Of a stretch of 64,000 nucleotides of DNA, positions 28,388 to 38,202 are shown one piece after another (the stretch's first letter is position 1; each line of letters begins with the position of its first letter). The translations under genes were made by a program, and so were the position numbers. Source of the stretch: a bacterium (GTDB taxonomy: Bacteria; Zhuqueibacterota; Zhuqueibacteria; Residuimicrobiales; Krinioviventaceae); contig CAXXMD010000002.1 in NCBI GenBank assembly GCA_963675755.2, forward strand, positions 736,001 to 800,000, in the 5' to 3' direction. The notes under the pieces are model-generated. The model worked only from the letters and a program-made list of their open reading frames with translations. It had not been told where the DNA came from and searched no databases.

Positions 28388-29077
28388 TCAATCCTGATCC
28401 CAGGTTTCCTTGTTGACAATATACTTGCCAAATGCTTCCTGAGTCCAGGGCATATATTCACCAAACATTTCATTTATAGCATTTGCAAACTCGCGAATTT
28501 CATATTGAGCATGATCATCCATGCGAAGATTCAGGAAATTCATAAGCGAGCGAGCATTGATCGTCCAGTAAAATTGTGTATATAAAGACAAGGGTAATAC
28601 AATACGTGCATGTTCTTTTGCAACACCCTTTTCAAGCAGTTCATGATAGAGTTCATAAGAATCCTGAAAATGCTTTTCAATTTTAGCCAGCAATTCAGCA
28701 TTTAATTCAGATTCAACCTCTGTGTATTTATAATTGCGGGCCTTTTGCGAACGCAATACATCCGGAACACAAAATTCTTCTTTCATCTCTGCATAACGAC
28801 CGGATATTTCATTATAACTCGAGATTCTGTGTCTGAACCACTGTCTTGCCACAAAAATAGGACATTTGATGTGAAATTTAAATACAGAATGTTCAAATGG
28901 AGTTTCGTGATGATTTGCCATGAGAAAAAATAACAGCTTTTTATCACGTTCGTCGTTGGTAACTCCTTTTCCAAAAGACACGCGTGCAGCTTGAACTACG
29001 GCATTATCACCACCCATAAAATCAACAAGCTTTACAAATCCTTTGTCCAGAACATTTATTTCCTTTAAAAACTCCAC
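28388..29077 (-). CDS. thyX: FAD-dependent thymidylate synthase
   Basis: AARVSF, HETPFEH, RHRISSYNEISGRY and HAQYEIR motifs. Confidence 0.96.
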   Translation of the reverse strand: MEFLKEINVLDKGFVKLVDFMGGDNAVVQAARVSFGKGVTNDERDKKLLFFLMANHHETPFEHSVFKFHIKCPIFVARQWFRHRISSYNEISGRYAEMKEEFCVPDVLRSQKARNYKYTEVESELNAELLAKIEKHFQDSYELYHELLEKGVAKEHARIVLPLSLYTQFYWTINARSLMNFLNLRMDDHAQYEIREFANAINEMFGEYMPWTQEAFGKYIVNKETWDQD

Positions 29078-29095
29078 TCTAACCTCACTGTATTA

Positions 29096-30280
29096 TTAAA
29101 AGAGTTCACCGGCGATTTGTTCGCCGAATGTATAACAGTTTTGCAATTCCTCGTCACTGGGAACCAATACAGCTGTCACCCCTTCATACGGAACCTTGAA
29201 TTTCATGGTTTTCAACCGTTCGTCAAGCTGAGGAACAGCTTCGCCACTCCATCCATAAGATCCAAAACTACCGGCAATCTTGCCCTTTAAATCCAGGGTC
29301 ACCAAACTGTTCAATACATCCCAGACGGGTTTAACAACATTATTATTGATTGTTGTTGAACCAAACAATAACGCATCTGCATTTTCAATTTGGTCAAGAT
29401 GTGTCAGGGGATCTAAATCTGTTGTATCATAAACAGCAACATCAGCGCCTTTATTTCTTGCGCCATCTGCAATTTTATTTGCCATAATTTCTGTATTGCC
29501 ATGTGCTGAAGCATAATACATTAATATTTTGGGTGGATTGTTTTCCGGAGCAGGTTCAGACCATTTTGCATATGCATTTATAAAGATATCCAGATCCTGG
29601 CGCAATATAGGTCCATGTGATGGTGCTATGGTTTCAATTTGCAAATCACTAATTTTCTCAAGCATGTTGCGTACATTCTTTTTAAAAGGACGCATGATAC
29701 AATCGAAATAATATTTATAATCGGGAGAAAAATTATATTTAATCAAATCATTAAATAAATGTGGATCACAGTAATGAGTAGCAAATACATCACAGGGGAA
29801 CAGTATTTTATCCGATTCCAGGTAAGTCATCATTGTATCCGGCCAGTGTAAAAATGGTGCAGGGATAAATGTAAGCGTTCTTGAACCCAGTTCCAGAGTC
29901 TCGCCTTGTTTAACTTTTCTGATATTCACTTCACGGTTGACAATATTGTTAACATATTTCACCGCTGGTCCTGCACATATAATTTGAGCATTGGGTGCAG
30001 CATCAAGCAGCTTTAATAAACTGCCGGAATGATCAGGTTCGTTATGCTGAATAATGATATAATCAATATCCTTGGGATCAACAAGTTGAGACAAGTTTTG
30101 CATATATGCATCTGCAAATTTTTCTTTTACGGTATCAATAACAACTGTTTTTTCATCTTTGATCAAATAACTGTTATATGTTGTACCGTTTTTGGTTTCC
30201 ATAATAATATCAAACACCCTTAAATCTGGGTGAAGCGCGCCTATCCAGTAAATATTTTCTTTAATTTCAACAGGTTTCAT
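29096..30280 (-). CDS. fprA: Flavodiiron protein (FprA-type O2/NO reductase)
   Basis: GTTYNSY, HNEPDH, HWPD and PSHG motifs; flavodoxin domain with FGSYGWSGEA. Confidence 0.93.
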   Translation of the reverse strand: MKPVEIKENIYWIGALHPDLRVFDIIMETKNGTTYNSYLIKDEKTVVIDTVKEKFADAYMQNLSQLVDPKDIDYIIIQHNEPDHSGSLLKLLDAAPNAQIICAGPAVKYVNNIVNREVNIRKVKQGETLELGSRTLTFIPAPFLHWPDTMMTYLESDKILFPCDVFATHYCDPHLFNDLIKYNFSPDYKYYFDCIMRPFKKNVRNMLEKISDLQIETIAPSHGPILRQDLDIFINAYAKWSEPAPENNPPKILMYYASAHGNTEIMANKIADGARNKGADVAVYDTTDLDPLTHLDQIENADALLFGSTTINNNVVKPVWDVLNSLVTLDLKGKIAGSFGSYGWSGEAVPQLDERLKTMKFKVPYEGVTAVLVPSDEELQNCYTFGEQIAGELF

Positions 30281-30300
30281 AATGTGTCTCCGGCGATCAA

Positions 30301-30504
30301 TTATAACTTTTCAACAGTGATCTTGTAACCATTAATTTTTACTTCTTCTGCTTTACAGTTACTCATCTCAGCATCTTCCGGTTTAGGTTTATTAGAATGA
30401 TCTAAACAACCGGTCATAGCTTCCTCTGCTGATTCAGCAACACGGATATTGCAGCATGATTTACCACCTAGATGATAAACCATGTATAATTTCAACTCAC
30501 TCAT
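30301..30504 (-). CDS. Small Cys-containing hypothetical protein (67 aa)
   Basis: ATG overlaps the iscU stop (ATGAGTGA) with a GGAG RBS; 4 Cys. Confidence 0.65.
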   Translation of the reverse strand: MSELKLYMVYHLGGKSCCNIRVAESAEEAMTGCLDHSNKPKPEDAEMSNCKAEEVKINGYKITVEKL

Positions 30505-30913
30505 TGTTTTCTCCCTGTGCGTCTTTATCAGACGATAAATTTTTACGATAATCATCAATGGCTGCTTTTAGTGCATCTTCAGCAAGTACAGAACAGTGCA
30601 TTTTAACTTTAGGCAAACCACCCAATGCTTCTGTAACTGCCTTGTTGGAAATTTTCAAGGCTTCATCCAGATTTTTGCCTTTAACCATTTCAGTAACCAT
30701 TGAACTGGTTGCAATAGCAGCACCGCAGCCAAAAGTTTTAAATTTTACATCAGTAATGATATCATTTTCAACATGAATAGATAATTTCATTACATCTCCG
30801 CAGGCAGGATTTCCAACAACTCCTACCCCGTTGGCTTCATCAACAACACCAACATTGCGGGGATTCTCGTAATGATCCATTACTTTTTCTGTATATTCAT
30901 TCCATGCATCCAT
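30497..30913 (-). CDS. iscU: Fe-S scaffold IscU/NifU-N
   Basis: GNPACGD, FKTFGCGAAIA and KMHCS motifs. Confidence 0.95.
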   Translation of the reverse strand: MDAWNEYTEKVMDHYENPRNVGVVDEANGVGVVGNPACGDVMKLSIHVENDIITDVKFKTFGCGAAIATSSMVTEMVKGKNLDEALKISNKAVTEALGGLPKVKMHCSVLAEDALKAAIDDYRKNLSSDKDAQGENNE

Positions 30914-30926
30914 AACAACACCTATT

Positions 30927-32138
30927 TTAATGTGAATGATCTGACCAGGTCATTTTATCAATATCAACGCCTTCTTTGGCCAGATCGTACAAGGGTGACA
31001 TTTCACGAAGTTTTTTTACATTTTTTGTCAATAAATCTATCAAATAATCAACATGCTCACTGGTATTTATTTTACCCAGACCAAAGCGTATAGAGCAATG
31101 CGCCAAAGAATCAGGTACATTGATTGCATGCAATACATAAGACGATTGCAAAGAAGCGGATGTACAAGCAGAGCCGGATGACAGAGCGACATCACGGCAG
31201 GCAAGGATCAAAGATTCACCTTCAACATAGGCAAAACTGTAATTCAGATTGTTGGGTAAGCGTTTTTCAGGATGACCATTCAGTTTTATATGATCAAGGT
31301 TGGCTTCAATGCCTTTGGCCAGCTTTTCACGCAACGCGAGCAATTGTTCAACATTCTTTTTCATATCTCTTTTGGCAATTTCAGCGGCCTTGCCCAATCC
31401 CACAATACCGGGAACATTCAAAGTGCCAGAGCGCATACCCCGTTCATGGCCGCCACCGTCAATTTGGGCTACCAGTTTAATGCCTTTTTTAACATACAGT
31501 GCACCTACACCTTTGGGACCATACATTTTATGCCCGGAAATTGATAACATATCTATATTATCTCGTACAACATCAATTTCAATTTTTCCCAAAGCCTGAA
31601 CCGCATCTGTATGAAATAATATATTCTTTTCATGGGAAATTGCGCCAATTTCCTGCAAAGGCTGTACAGTACCAATTTCACTGTTTGCCGCTTGAATCGA
31701 TATTAACAGCGTCTTGTCATTGATTAATGATTTTAAATGTTCAAGATCAACCAGACCATATTCATCAAGTTTGGCATATTGAATATCATATCCTTGTTTG
31801 GCAAGGCGCTTAACAGTATCAAGTATCGCTTTATGTTCAGTAGCTATGGTTATGATACGGCCTTTGGTATCAGCATATTTCTCAGCTACACCTTTAATGG
31901 CGAGATTGTCAGATTCGGTAGCACCGCTTGTAAAAATAATCTCATCTGCACTTTTTGCACCAATTAATTTAGCAGTTTGAAGCCTTGCGTTTTCAACGGC
32001 AGAGCGTGCTATATGTCCATATTCGTGAGTATTGCTCGATGCATTACCAAAATCATGAGTAAAAAATGGCATCATTGCATCCAGGACCTCTTTGTCAACA
32101 GGGGTCGTCGCATGATGGTCCAGATATATTGTATTCAT
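30927..32138 (-). CDS. iscS: Cysteine desulfurase
   Basis: HTDAVQ, SGHKMYGPKG and SSGSACTS motifs; upstream TTGATT-17-TACTTT. Confidence 0.96.
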   Translation of the reverse strand: MNTIYLDHHATTPVDKEVLDAMMPFFTHDFGNASSNTHEYGHIARSAVENARLQTAKLIGAKSADEIIFTSGATESDNLAIKGVAEKYADTKGRIITIATEHKAILDTVKRLAKQGYDIQYAKLDEYGLVDLEHLKSLINDKTLLISIQAANSEIGTVQPLQEIGAISHEKNILFHTDAVQALGKIEIDVVRDNIDMLSISGHKMYGPKGVGALYVKKGIKLVAQIDGGGHERGMRSGTLNVPGIVGLGKAAEIAKRDMKKNVEQLLALREKLAKGIEANLDHIKLNGHPEKRLPNNLNYSFAYVEGESLILACRDVALSSGSACTSASLQSSYVLHAINVPDSLAHCSIRFGLGKINTSEHVDYLIDLLTKNVKKLREMSPLYDLAKEGVDIDKMTWSDHSH

Positions 32139-32234
32139 AAAAATTTACCTTTAATTTAGTTAAATCCAAGTATATAAAGTAATTTTTTTTAATGATAAAA
32201 TCAAGGATTTCAATATTCAAAAAAGCAGGTAGTC

Positions 32235-32266
32235 AAAAAAAAAGCCCCTGTATAAATACAGAGGCT
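32235..32266 (-). terminator. Intrinsic terminator after the ferritin-like gene
   Basis: AGCCTCTGTA-TTTA-TACAGGGGCT stem followed by a U run on the minus strand. Confidence 0.75.
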
Positions 32267-32288
32267 AATAATGGGAAAAGGTAAATTA

Positions 32289-32807
32289 TCAGGCATCTTG
32301 TTCAGATGATACCTTGTTTTCAATATATTCATCCGATTCTTCCAAATCTGCTGGGTCAATATCCAGATTCAGGGGTTCTGCGAATGAAGATTCTAAAAGT
32401 GCTAAATGTTGCTCACGTTCCATTGCCAAATCACGAAACAATTGACGTAATTCAGACTCTACTAAACGACGTGAAACCAATTGATAAAAATCTTTGAGCT
32501 CTTTTTCATTCTTTTTAACTGTTCTTACTGCATCATTTGGATCATCACCACATTTCAACAAAGAACTCAATTTATGTTTCTTGCCGAGGTTCAAGTATAA
32601 TATTTTTTTACCACTGGTTTTACTATATGTCTTGATCAACCTCTGTCTGTTCTTTTCCTCTTTTTCTGAAAGACCATGTAGTATTGCTTCAGCATCATCA
32701 CTTTTAACCAGCGAAGCAGCTTTTGTATAATATAATTGCATGTCTGCTTCACATTGTATTGATACTTTAAGGGCGTCGAGAGTGTTAATAGAATTCAAAT
32801 TTGTCAT
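32289..32807 (-). CDS. Rubrerythrin/ferritin-like four-helix protein with degenerate metal ligands
   Basis: Two repeats of the A...E......Y......L...E..H helical pattern. Confidence 0.7.
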   Translation of the reverse strand: MTNLNSINTLDALKVSIQCEADMQLYYTKAASLVKSDDAEAILHGLSEKEEKNRQRLIKTYSKTSGKKILYLNLGKKHKLSSLLKCGDDPNDAVRTVKKNEKELKDFYQLVSRRLVESELRQLFRDLAMEREQHLALLESSFAEPLNLDIDPADLEESDEYIENKVSSEQDA

Positions 32808-33022
32808 CTAACTCTACCTCCTTATCCGAAATACAGATCATTTAATATATATTTAAACATCAAAAACATATTAGTTTGTTTATTGACAATACAATGTATA
32901 AAATAATGCTTTAAAGCACAATTCAACAATTGTAAACAATTGTAATAAACTATTGTTTTTATATGTATATATAACGTTTTTTTGAAGCGATTTGTTCCGG
33001 AGAAAAGTAGAAAAATGAATTA

Positions 33023-34297
33023 TTATTCAATGTCAGCGAGTATATAAGGCCCTTTTGGTATAACCACAATTTTTGCATTTTCACCATATTTTTGCATAGA
33101 TTGTTCAATAGCCTGTTCTACGGTTTCTGCCCAATTGACATGAATACTGTCTTTTTGCTGAGCAGACAAACCATTGGAAACAAGAATTACGTTGGCTTTT
33201 CTGGTTACTTTAACATATTCCTGAAATTGCCATTGATCAATTACAAAAAAATCCGGTGAAAATAGTTTTTGGGAAAATTCATCCAAGTCTTTAAAGTCCT
33301 GAACGAGTTTGGTAAAATGATCACTTCCTACTCCCTGACTACATTCAGAAGCAATTATTATGGTTCCACCCTCTTTAACTAATGGAAGTGCGGCAGTCAT
33401 TCCTTTAATGGTTTGATAATATGTTGCATCCAGTGGATACCCGGCAGATGTAGTTACTACAATATCAGCGGGTTCAGGTATAGTATCCCGTACATGTGAT
33501 TTAACAAAATCAATACCTGCTTTATGAGCGGCATCTAGTTCACCTGAAAAAATACCACTTATTTTTTTTTGCTCATTCAAAGCTACGTTTACAATAAAAT
33601 CCACTCCGGCCATTTTTGCAATTTCTAACGCCTCTTCATGAAAGGGATTACCGTCAATTACACCTTCGCGAGCATTGTCATGGGACAATATCTCTGGTCC
33701 ATGCATCACTTTGACAGTTTCAATACTTGCAATTCCAGGTACTACCAGTTTTCGGCCACCTGAAAAACCAGCCATTAAATGAGGTTCAATAAAGCCGGTA
33801 GCAATTTTAAAATCGGCATTTACAAAACGTTTATCGATCCATACATCGGTATTTTTACTGGTTTTACCCAAGAACTCGTGTGATTTAAGATTGGTTGCTT
33901 CATGGTTTTTTATATGGTATTTTGAAGCAATTTCATCACCTACAAGTTCAATCAATTCATCACCCAAATTGGGACGATGGATACCCGTTGCAATGAGAAT
34001 CAATATATCATCATGAGATAAGCCTGCAGCATGCAAGGTTTTTAAAAGAGGTGGTAAAATCAAACGATTGGGAACCGGTCTGGTAATGTCACATATAAGA
34101 ATACAAGCGGATTGTTTCCCGCGTGCCATATCAAAAAAAGATCTGTCATACCCTATGGGTCTCAATAAAGATTTGGTGATTTCTATATAGGTATCTGATA
34201 TGGGTTCAGAATCGGACATGGAAAGTATTTTTAACAAGTTTTTATCAGGTACGTCAACTTTTAATCCGGTTTTTCCATAATCCAATTGAATTTGCAT
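33023..34297 (-). CDS. larA: LarA-family nickel-pincer-dependent racemase/epimerase
   Basis: DITRP, ATGIHR, PHLMAGFSGGRK and YQTIKG motifs; substrate uncertain. Confidence 0.85.
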   Translation of the reverse strand: MQIQLDYGKTGLKVDVPDKNLLKILSMSDSEPISDTYIEITKSLLRPIGYDRSFFDMARGKQSACILICDITRPVPNRLILPPLLKTLHAAGLSHDDILILIATGIHRPNLGDELIELVGDEIASKYHIKNHEATNLKSHEFLGKTSKNTDVWIDKRFVNADFKIATGFIEPHLMAGFSGGRKLVVPGIASIETVKVMHGPEILSHDNAREGVIDGNPFHEEALEIAKMAGVDFIVNVALNEQKKISGIFSGELDAAHKAGIDFVKSHVRDTIPEPADIVVTTSAGYPLDATYYQTIKGMTAALPLVKEGGTIIIASECSQGVGSDHFTKLVQDFKDLDEFSQKLFSPDFFVIDQWQFQEYVKVTRKANVILVSNGLSAQQKDSIHVNWAETVEQAIEQSMQKYGENAKIVVIPKGPYILADIE

Positions 34298-34316
34298 GCG
34301 AGAATCTCTCCTTGTT

Positions 34317-34940
34317 TTATTTGTTTTTATACAATGCAGGATTAAATCTGGGGTCGTTGTACATTTTATATTGACGATAAATCTTGTGACGCTTACGTGC
34401 CTGGCGTAAATCTAACATTAATTTATCCAATGCTCTGCCAAGATCATCGCGTTGTTCATTTAACACATCCAGACGCTTTTTAGATAAATCCTGATGCTCT
34501 TTATCCGCATCTTTACGTTCAACCTCTTCCTGCATATGAAAAATCTTTAAACAGATTATTGAAAGACGGTCAATGATACTGCCCGGTGTTTCAGAATTGG
34601 ATTCAATATTATTATCCGGTTCTATACCGGCATTTTGTAAAACAGTATCAATCCATATATCAACACGTTCAATTGAATCGTTGCGGATTTGATTATATTT
34701 ATCAATATGACGTTTACAATCTACAATAACAGCATCTTCTACATCTGTTCTGCGAGCATCATCTTCATAATGCCAGATTGTAAAATTATTATAATGGATC
34801 CATTGGGTCATACCTTTGGGAGAATGATGGTCTTCCGGTTCCAGCGGACCCGTATTGTGCCACAATTCTACAAGATCGGTATACCATTCAATTAATCGAT
34901 CACTTTTAAATGGGGTCAATATTTCAGATAATGAACTCAA
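34317..34940 (-). CDS. DUF4254 family protein
   Basis: WHYEDDAR, KRHIDKYNQIRND, SETPGSIIDRLSI and KMYNDP motifs. Confidence 0.85.
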   Translation of the reverse strand: MSSLSEILTPFKSDRLIEWYTDLVELWHNTGPLEPEDHHSPKGMTQWIHYNNFTIWHYEDDARRTDVEDAVIVDCKRHIDKYNQIRNDSIERVDIWIDTVLQNAGIEPDNNIESNSETPGSIIDRLSIICLKIFHMQEEVERKDADKEHQDLSKKRLDVLNEQRDDLGRALDKLMLDLRQARKRHKIYRQYKMYNDPRFNPALYKNK

Positions 34941-35055
34941 GGCTCCTCCTAAATTTTCAGTTATCTAATTTATGAATATTGGACTTGAAATGCAAGTCTA
35001 TAGAATGTATTTTTATTTTTCATTTGCGTTTTAAATATTATTTCGTATCTTTGTT

Positions 35056-35137
35056 TATCCGTTAGGGGTGGTCCCTAAGACCTGAGATTACACCCTAAGA
35101 ACCTGACCTGGTTAATACTAGCGTAGGGAAACGGTAA
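35056..35137 (+). ncRNA. TPP riboswitch aptamer
   Basis: AGGGGTG...CTGAGA..ACCC...ACCTGA.CTGGTTAATACTAGCGTAGGGA; P1 formed by CCGTT/AACGG. Confidence 0.92.
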
Positions 35138-35164
35138 AACATTTTATCTTTTTAAAATGCTGGA

Positions 35165-35193
35165 CCGTTTTCCTAAAAGGAAATCGGTTTTTT
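35165..35193 (+). terminator. Riboswitch expression-platform terminator
   Basis: ACCGTTTTCCT-AAA-AGGAAATCGGT plus a T run; the 5' arm is complementary to the aptamer 3' end GGAAACGGT. Confidence 0.75.
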
Positions 35194-35209
35194 CATTTTA
35201 GGAGGACAA

Positions 35210-37627
35210 ATGTTAACAAAAACTGTAAAACTTTTGATCTTGTTTTCTACTCTACTCTGCTTCACTACAGTTCACGCGGCCACAATCCGTGGTACAATTA
35301 TTCACGCTACAGAAAAAACTCCGGTTATTGGTGCAAATATTATGATTGCATCAACAAATCTGGGCTCCAGCACAAACGACGATGGAGAATTTGTTATAAA
35401 CAATATCCCTCCCGGTAACTATCAATTGGTGGTAAACCACATTGGTTTCAAGGTGTCCAAGCAAAATATCAACCTTGCAACCCGCGATATAGAGGTATTA
35501 TTCACGCTTTATCCCCGCATTATTGAAGGGCAACAAATTACTGTTTCCGCATTACGCGCAGAGAACCGCAAGAGCCCGGTTGCATTTACAGATTTAACTG
35601 AAAAAGAAATTGATGATAAATACTGGGCACAGGAAATCCCACTGCTGCTCAACGATGTTCCGGGTGTTTATGCTTATTCGTATACAGGCAGCGGATTGGG
35701 ATATTCGGAAGTCAAAATGCGTGGTTTTGATGCAACACGAGTAGGTGTTACGCTTAACGATGTTCCTTTGAATGATCCGCTTGACCATATAACATATTTC
35801 TATGATCTACCGGATATTAGTGCAAACGTGCAGGACATACAGGTTCAACGGGGTGTTGCCAATTCACTCTATGGAACTGGCGCACTAGCGGGTTCTGTAA
35901 ATATTCGTACAGAATCAGCAGGCAATGAAAGATATCTACGGTATACAGCCGGAACAGGCAGCTACAACACACGAAAACACACTTTTGCTTTTGGTTCAGG
36001 CCTGGTTGACAATACATATTCATTTTATGGTCGTTTTTCCAAAGTAAAAACAGATGGATATCGGGACAATTCATGGGTCGATTCATGGTCCTATTTCTTT
36101 AGTGCTTCCAGATATGATGAAAATTTCACAACTACTGTCAATTTGTTTGGCGGCCCCATGAAAGCACATTTTGCCTGGGAAGGTATCACTAAAGAAGAAC
36201 TTGAAGACAATCACCGATTAAACTATGATACATACAAAGGTGCGGCAGACAACTTTAATCAACCGCAATATCAATTAATTAACGAATGGACACCTGCAGA
36301 TAATTTCAAACTGACATCCACCATGTTTCATGTTAAAGGTGATGGTTATTACGAACAACTAAAATCCGGTGAGAATTTAACTGATTACAATATGTTAGAA
36401 TTTTCAATGGGGAATACTACGATCAGTGAAACCGATCTGGTAAGACAGAAATGGGTGGATAAATCACAATACGGTTGGATTCCTCGTATCGAATACATTG
36501 CCGGCAGAAACAATATCTCTGTAGGTGGCGAATTCAGCATATTCAAATCACATCACTGGGGTGAAGTGATTTGGGCAAATCAGATGTCTCCGGGTATACA
36601 ACCTGGGCATATTTATTATAAACATAACATAGATAAAAACTCGGCAGCAGTTTATATAAACGATCTGTTTGAAATAACACCAGATTTATTCTTGAAAGCA
36701 GATTTGCAATTTCAACACATTGCTTTTGATTTTGATCAGGAAGAAATGGGTGCCTTTTATGGTCATAGCTATGAATTGAATTACAATTTCATAACACCAA
36801 GATTGGGTTTAAACTATAATATTAACAAGCAGATGAACATTTTTGGTAATTTTTCTGTAGCTAAACGTGAACCCAAAGATGGGGATATCTATGACGCAGA
36901 CGATACCGGAGCTATTCCCCTGTTCAAAACTATAAATCCGGCACAAGGGATTTATGAGGATCCCTATATTGATGCAGAAACCTTGTATGATTTTGAATCC
37001 GGATTCGGTTATGAATTCGAACATACAAGATTTAAATTGAATGCGTATTGGATGGATTTTCGAAATGAAATTGTAGCAACTGGTGGTATAACTGACGATG
37101 GTTATCCCATTTATGGTAATGCCGATAAATCTGTACATAGAGGCATTGAGTTAGAAATGAAACATTTATTACCTGCTCAATTCATGATTTCTCTGAACGG
37201 TTCATATAATGATAACTATTTTGTAGACTATATAGAATATCTTTGGAATGAGGATTATAGCGGTAACATTCAAAAAGACAGAAGCGGAAATACTATTGCT
37301 AATTTCCCCAAAATGATGATGAATGCAGGTATTTCAAAATCATTGGGCCCCATATCTGCCTCATTATCACTGCAACATGTAGGAAAAATCTTTTTGGATA
37401 ATTCACAGAACGATGAACTTGCAATTGATCCTTACAATGTTGTTAATTTTGCTGCTCATGCAAAATTACCCCAATACTTTGGTCCATTACACTTGTCTTT
37501 GTCCGTACATGTGAACAATTTACTTGATGAAAAATATGAACTTTCAGGTTATACTTGGGATGGTGTAGGTTATTATATACCAGCTGCGGAACGTAATTTC
37601 TTTGTATCTTTGCAATCACAGTTATAG
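35210..37627 (+). CDS. TonB-dependent receptor, probably for thiamine
   Basis: Signal peptide, CarboxypepD_reg-like N-domain, plug MRGFDATR..LNDVPLND, C-terminal NNLLDEKY; downstream of a TPP riboswitch. Confidence 0.9.
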   Translation: MLTKTVKLLILFSTLLCFTTVHAATIRGTIIHATEKTPVIGANIMIASTNLGSSTNDDGEFVINNIPPGNYQLVVNHIGFKVSKQNINLATRDIEVLFTLYPRIIEGQQITVSALRAENRKSPVAFTDLTEKEIDDKYWAQEIPLLLNDVPGVYAYSYTGSGLGYSEVKMRGFDATRVGVTLNDVPLNDPLDHITYFYDLPDISANVQDIQVQRGVANSLYGTGALAGSVNIRTESAGNERYLRYTAGTGSYNTRKHTFAFGSGLVDNTYSFYGRFSKVKTDGYRDNSWVDSWSYFFSASRYDENFTTTVNLFGGPMKAHFAWEGITKEELEDNHRLNYDTYKGAADNFNQPQYQLINEWTPADNFKLTSTMFHVKGDGYYEQLKSGENLTDYNMLEFSMGNTTISETDLVRQKWVDKSQYGWIPRIEYIAGRNNISVGGEFSIFKSHHWGEVIWANQMSPGIQPGHIYYKHNIDKNSAAVYINDLFEITPDLFLKADLQFQHIAFDFDQEEMGAFYGHSYELNYNFITPRLGLNYNINKQMNIFGNFSVAKREPKDGDIYDADDTGAIPLFKTINPAQGIYEDPYIDAETLYDFESGFGYEFEHTRFKLNAYWMDFRNEIVATGGITDDGYPIYGNADKSVHRGIELEMKHLLPAQFMISLNGSYNDNYFVDYIEYLWNEDYSGNIQKDRSGNTIANFPKMMMNAGISKSLGPISASLSLQHVGKIFLDNSQNDELAIDPYNVVNFAAHAKLPQYFGPLHLSLSVHVNNLLDEKYELSGYTWDGVGYYIPAAERNFFVSLQSQL

Positions 37628-37630
37628 CAT

Positions 37631-37660
37631 AAAGCCCTTTCTCTTTAATAGAGAAAGGGC
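37631..37660. terminator. Terminator between convergent genes
   Basis: GCCCTTTCTCT/AGAGAAAGGGC stem. Confidence 0.7.
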
Positions 37661-37665
37661 AACAT

Positions 37666-38202
37666 TTACATAGGTGGTGGATTGTTCCAATCAATTGGAC
37701 CGTTAACAAAACGATATTGTAAACGGGCAAGTACTACCTGGCCCCAAACTGCATCAAAATACTCGTAAGCCTTTTGCCACTCTTCCCCATCTTTCCAGCC
37801 AGTATGTTCAAGCATAACCCGGGTTTCATTTTCGGAAACAGGTTCAAAATTCACAGTTACCCGGGTATGTTCTTTGCGAACATTTGATAAATGTGGTGGA
37901 GCGTTCCAGGTAAATACCAAAAGACTTACAGGTTTTATTTGTTCTATAATACAACCTTCGCTTCCTCGGGAACCTTTTTCTGCAGATGTATCAAAATACA
38001 ATTCATATGCGCCCCCTACCCTGGCTTCAATTTTACAATCAGACGCAAAAAAGGTTTTAGCGCCCTCATTAGTTGTCCAGACATTCCAAACTGAATCTAA
38101 AGGAGCATTAACAATTGCTGTTTTTTTAATGATCTTATCCATAGCAAAAGTATTTGATATAATTAACAGCAATAAAATAAACACAAATCGTCTTAACATC
38201 AT
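37666..38202 (-). CDS. SRPBCC/AHSA1-domain secreted protein
   Basis: VNAPLDSVW, ARVGGAYE, LVFTWNAP and TRVMLEHTGW motifs. Confidence 0.85.
   Translation of the reverse strand: MMLRRFVFILLLLIISNTFAMDKIIKKTAIVNAPLDSVWNVWTTNEGAKTFFASDCKIEARVGGAYELYFDTSAEKGSRGSEGCIIEQIKPVSLLVFTWNAPPHLSNVRKEHTRVTVNFEPVSENETRVMLEHTGWKDGEEWQKAYEYFDAVWGQVVLARLQYRFVNGPIDWNNPPPM

Noticed and set aside
34982-34998. Inverted repeat GACTTG-N5-CAAGTC
   Set aside because: It can be explained by overlapping divergent -35 elements and is too short to call an operator
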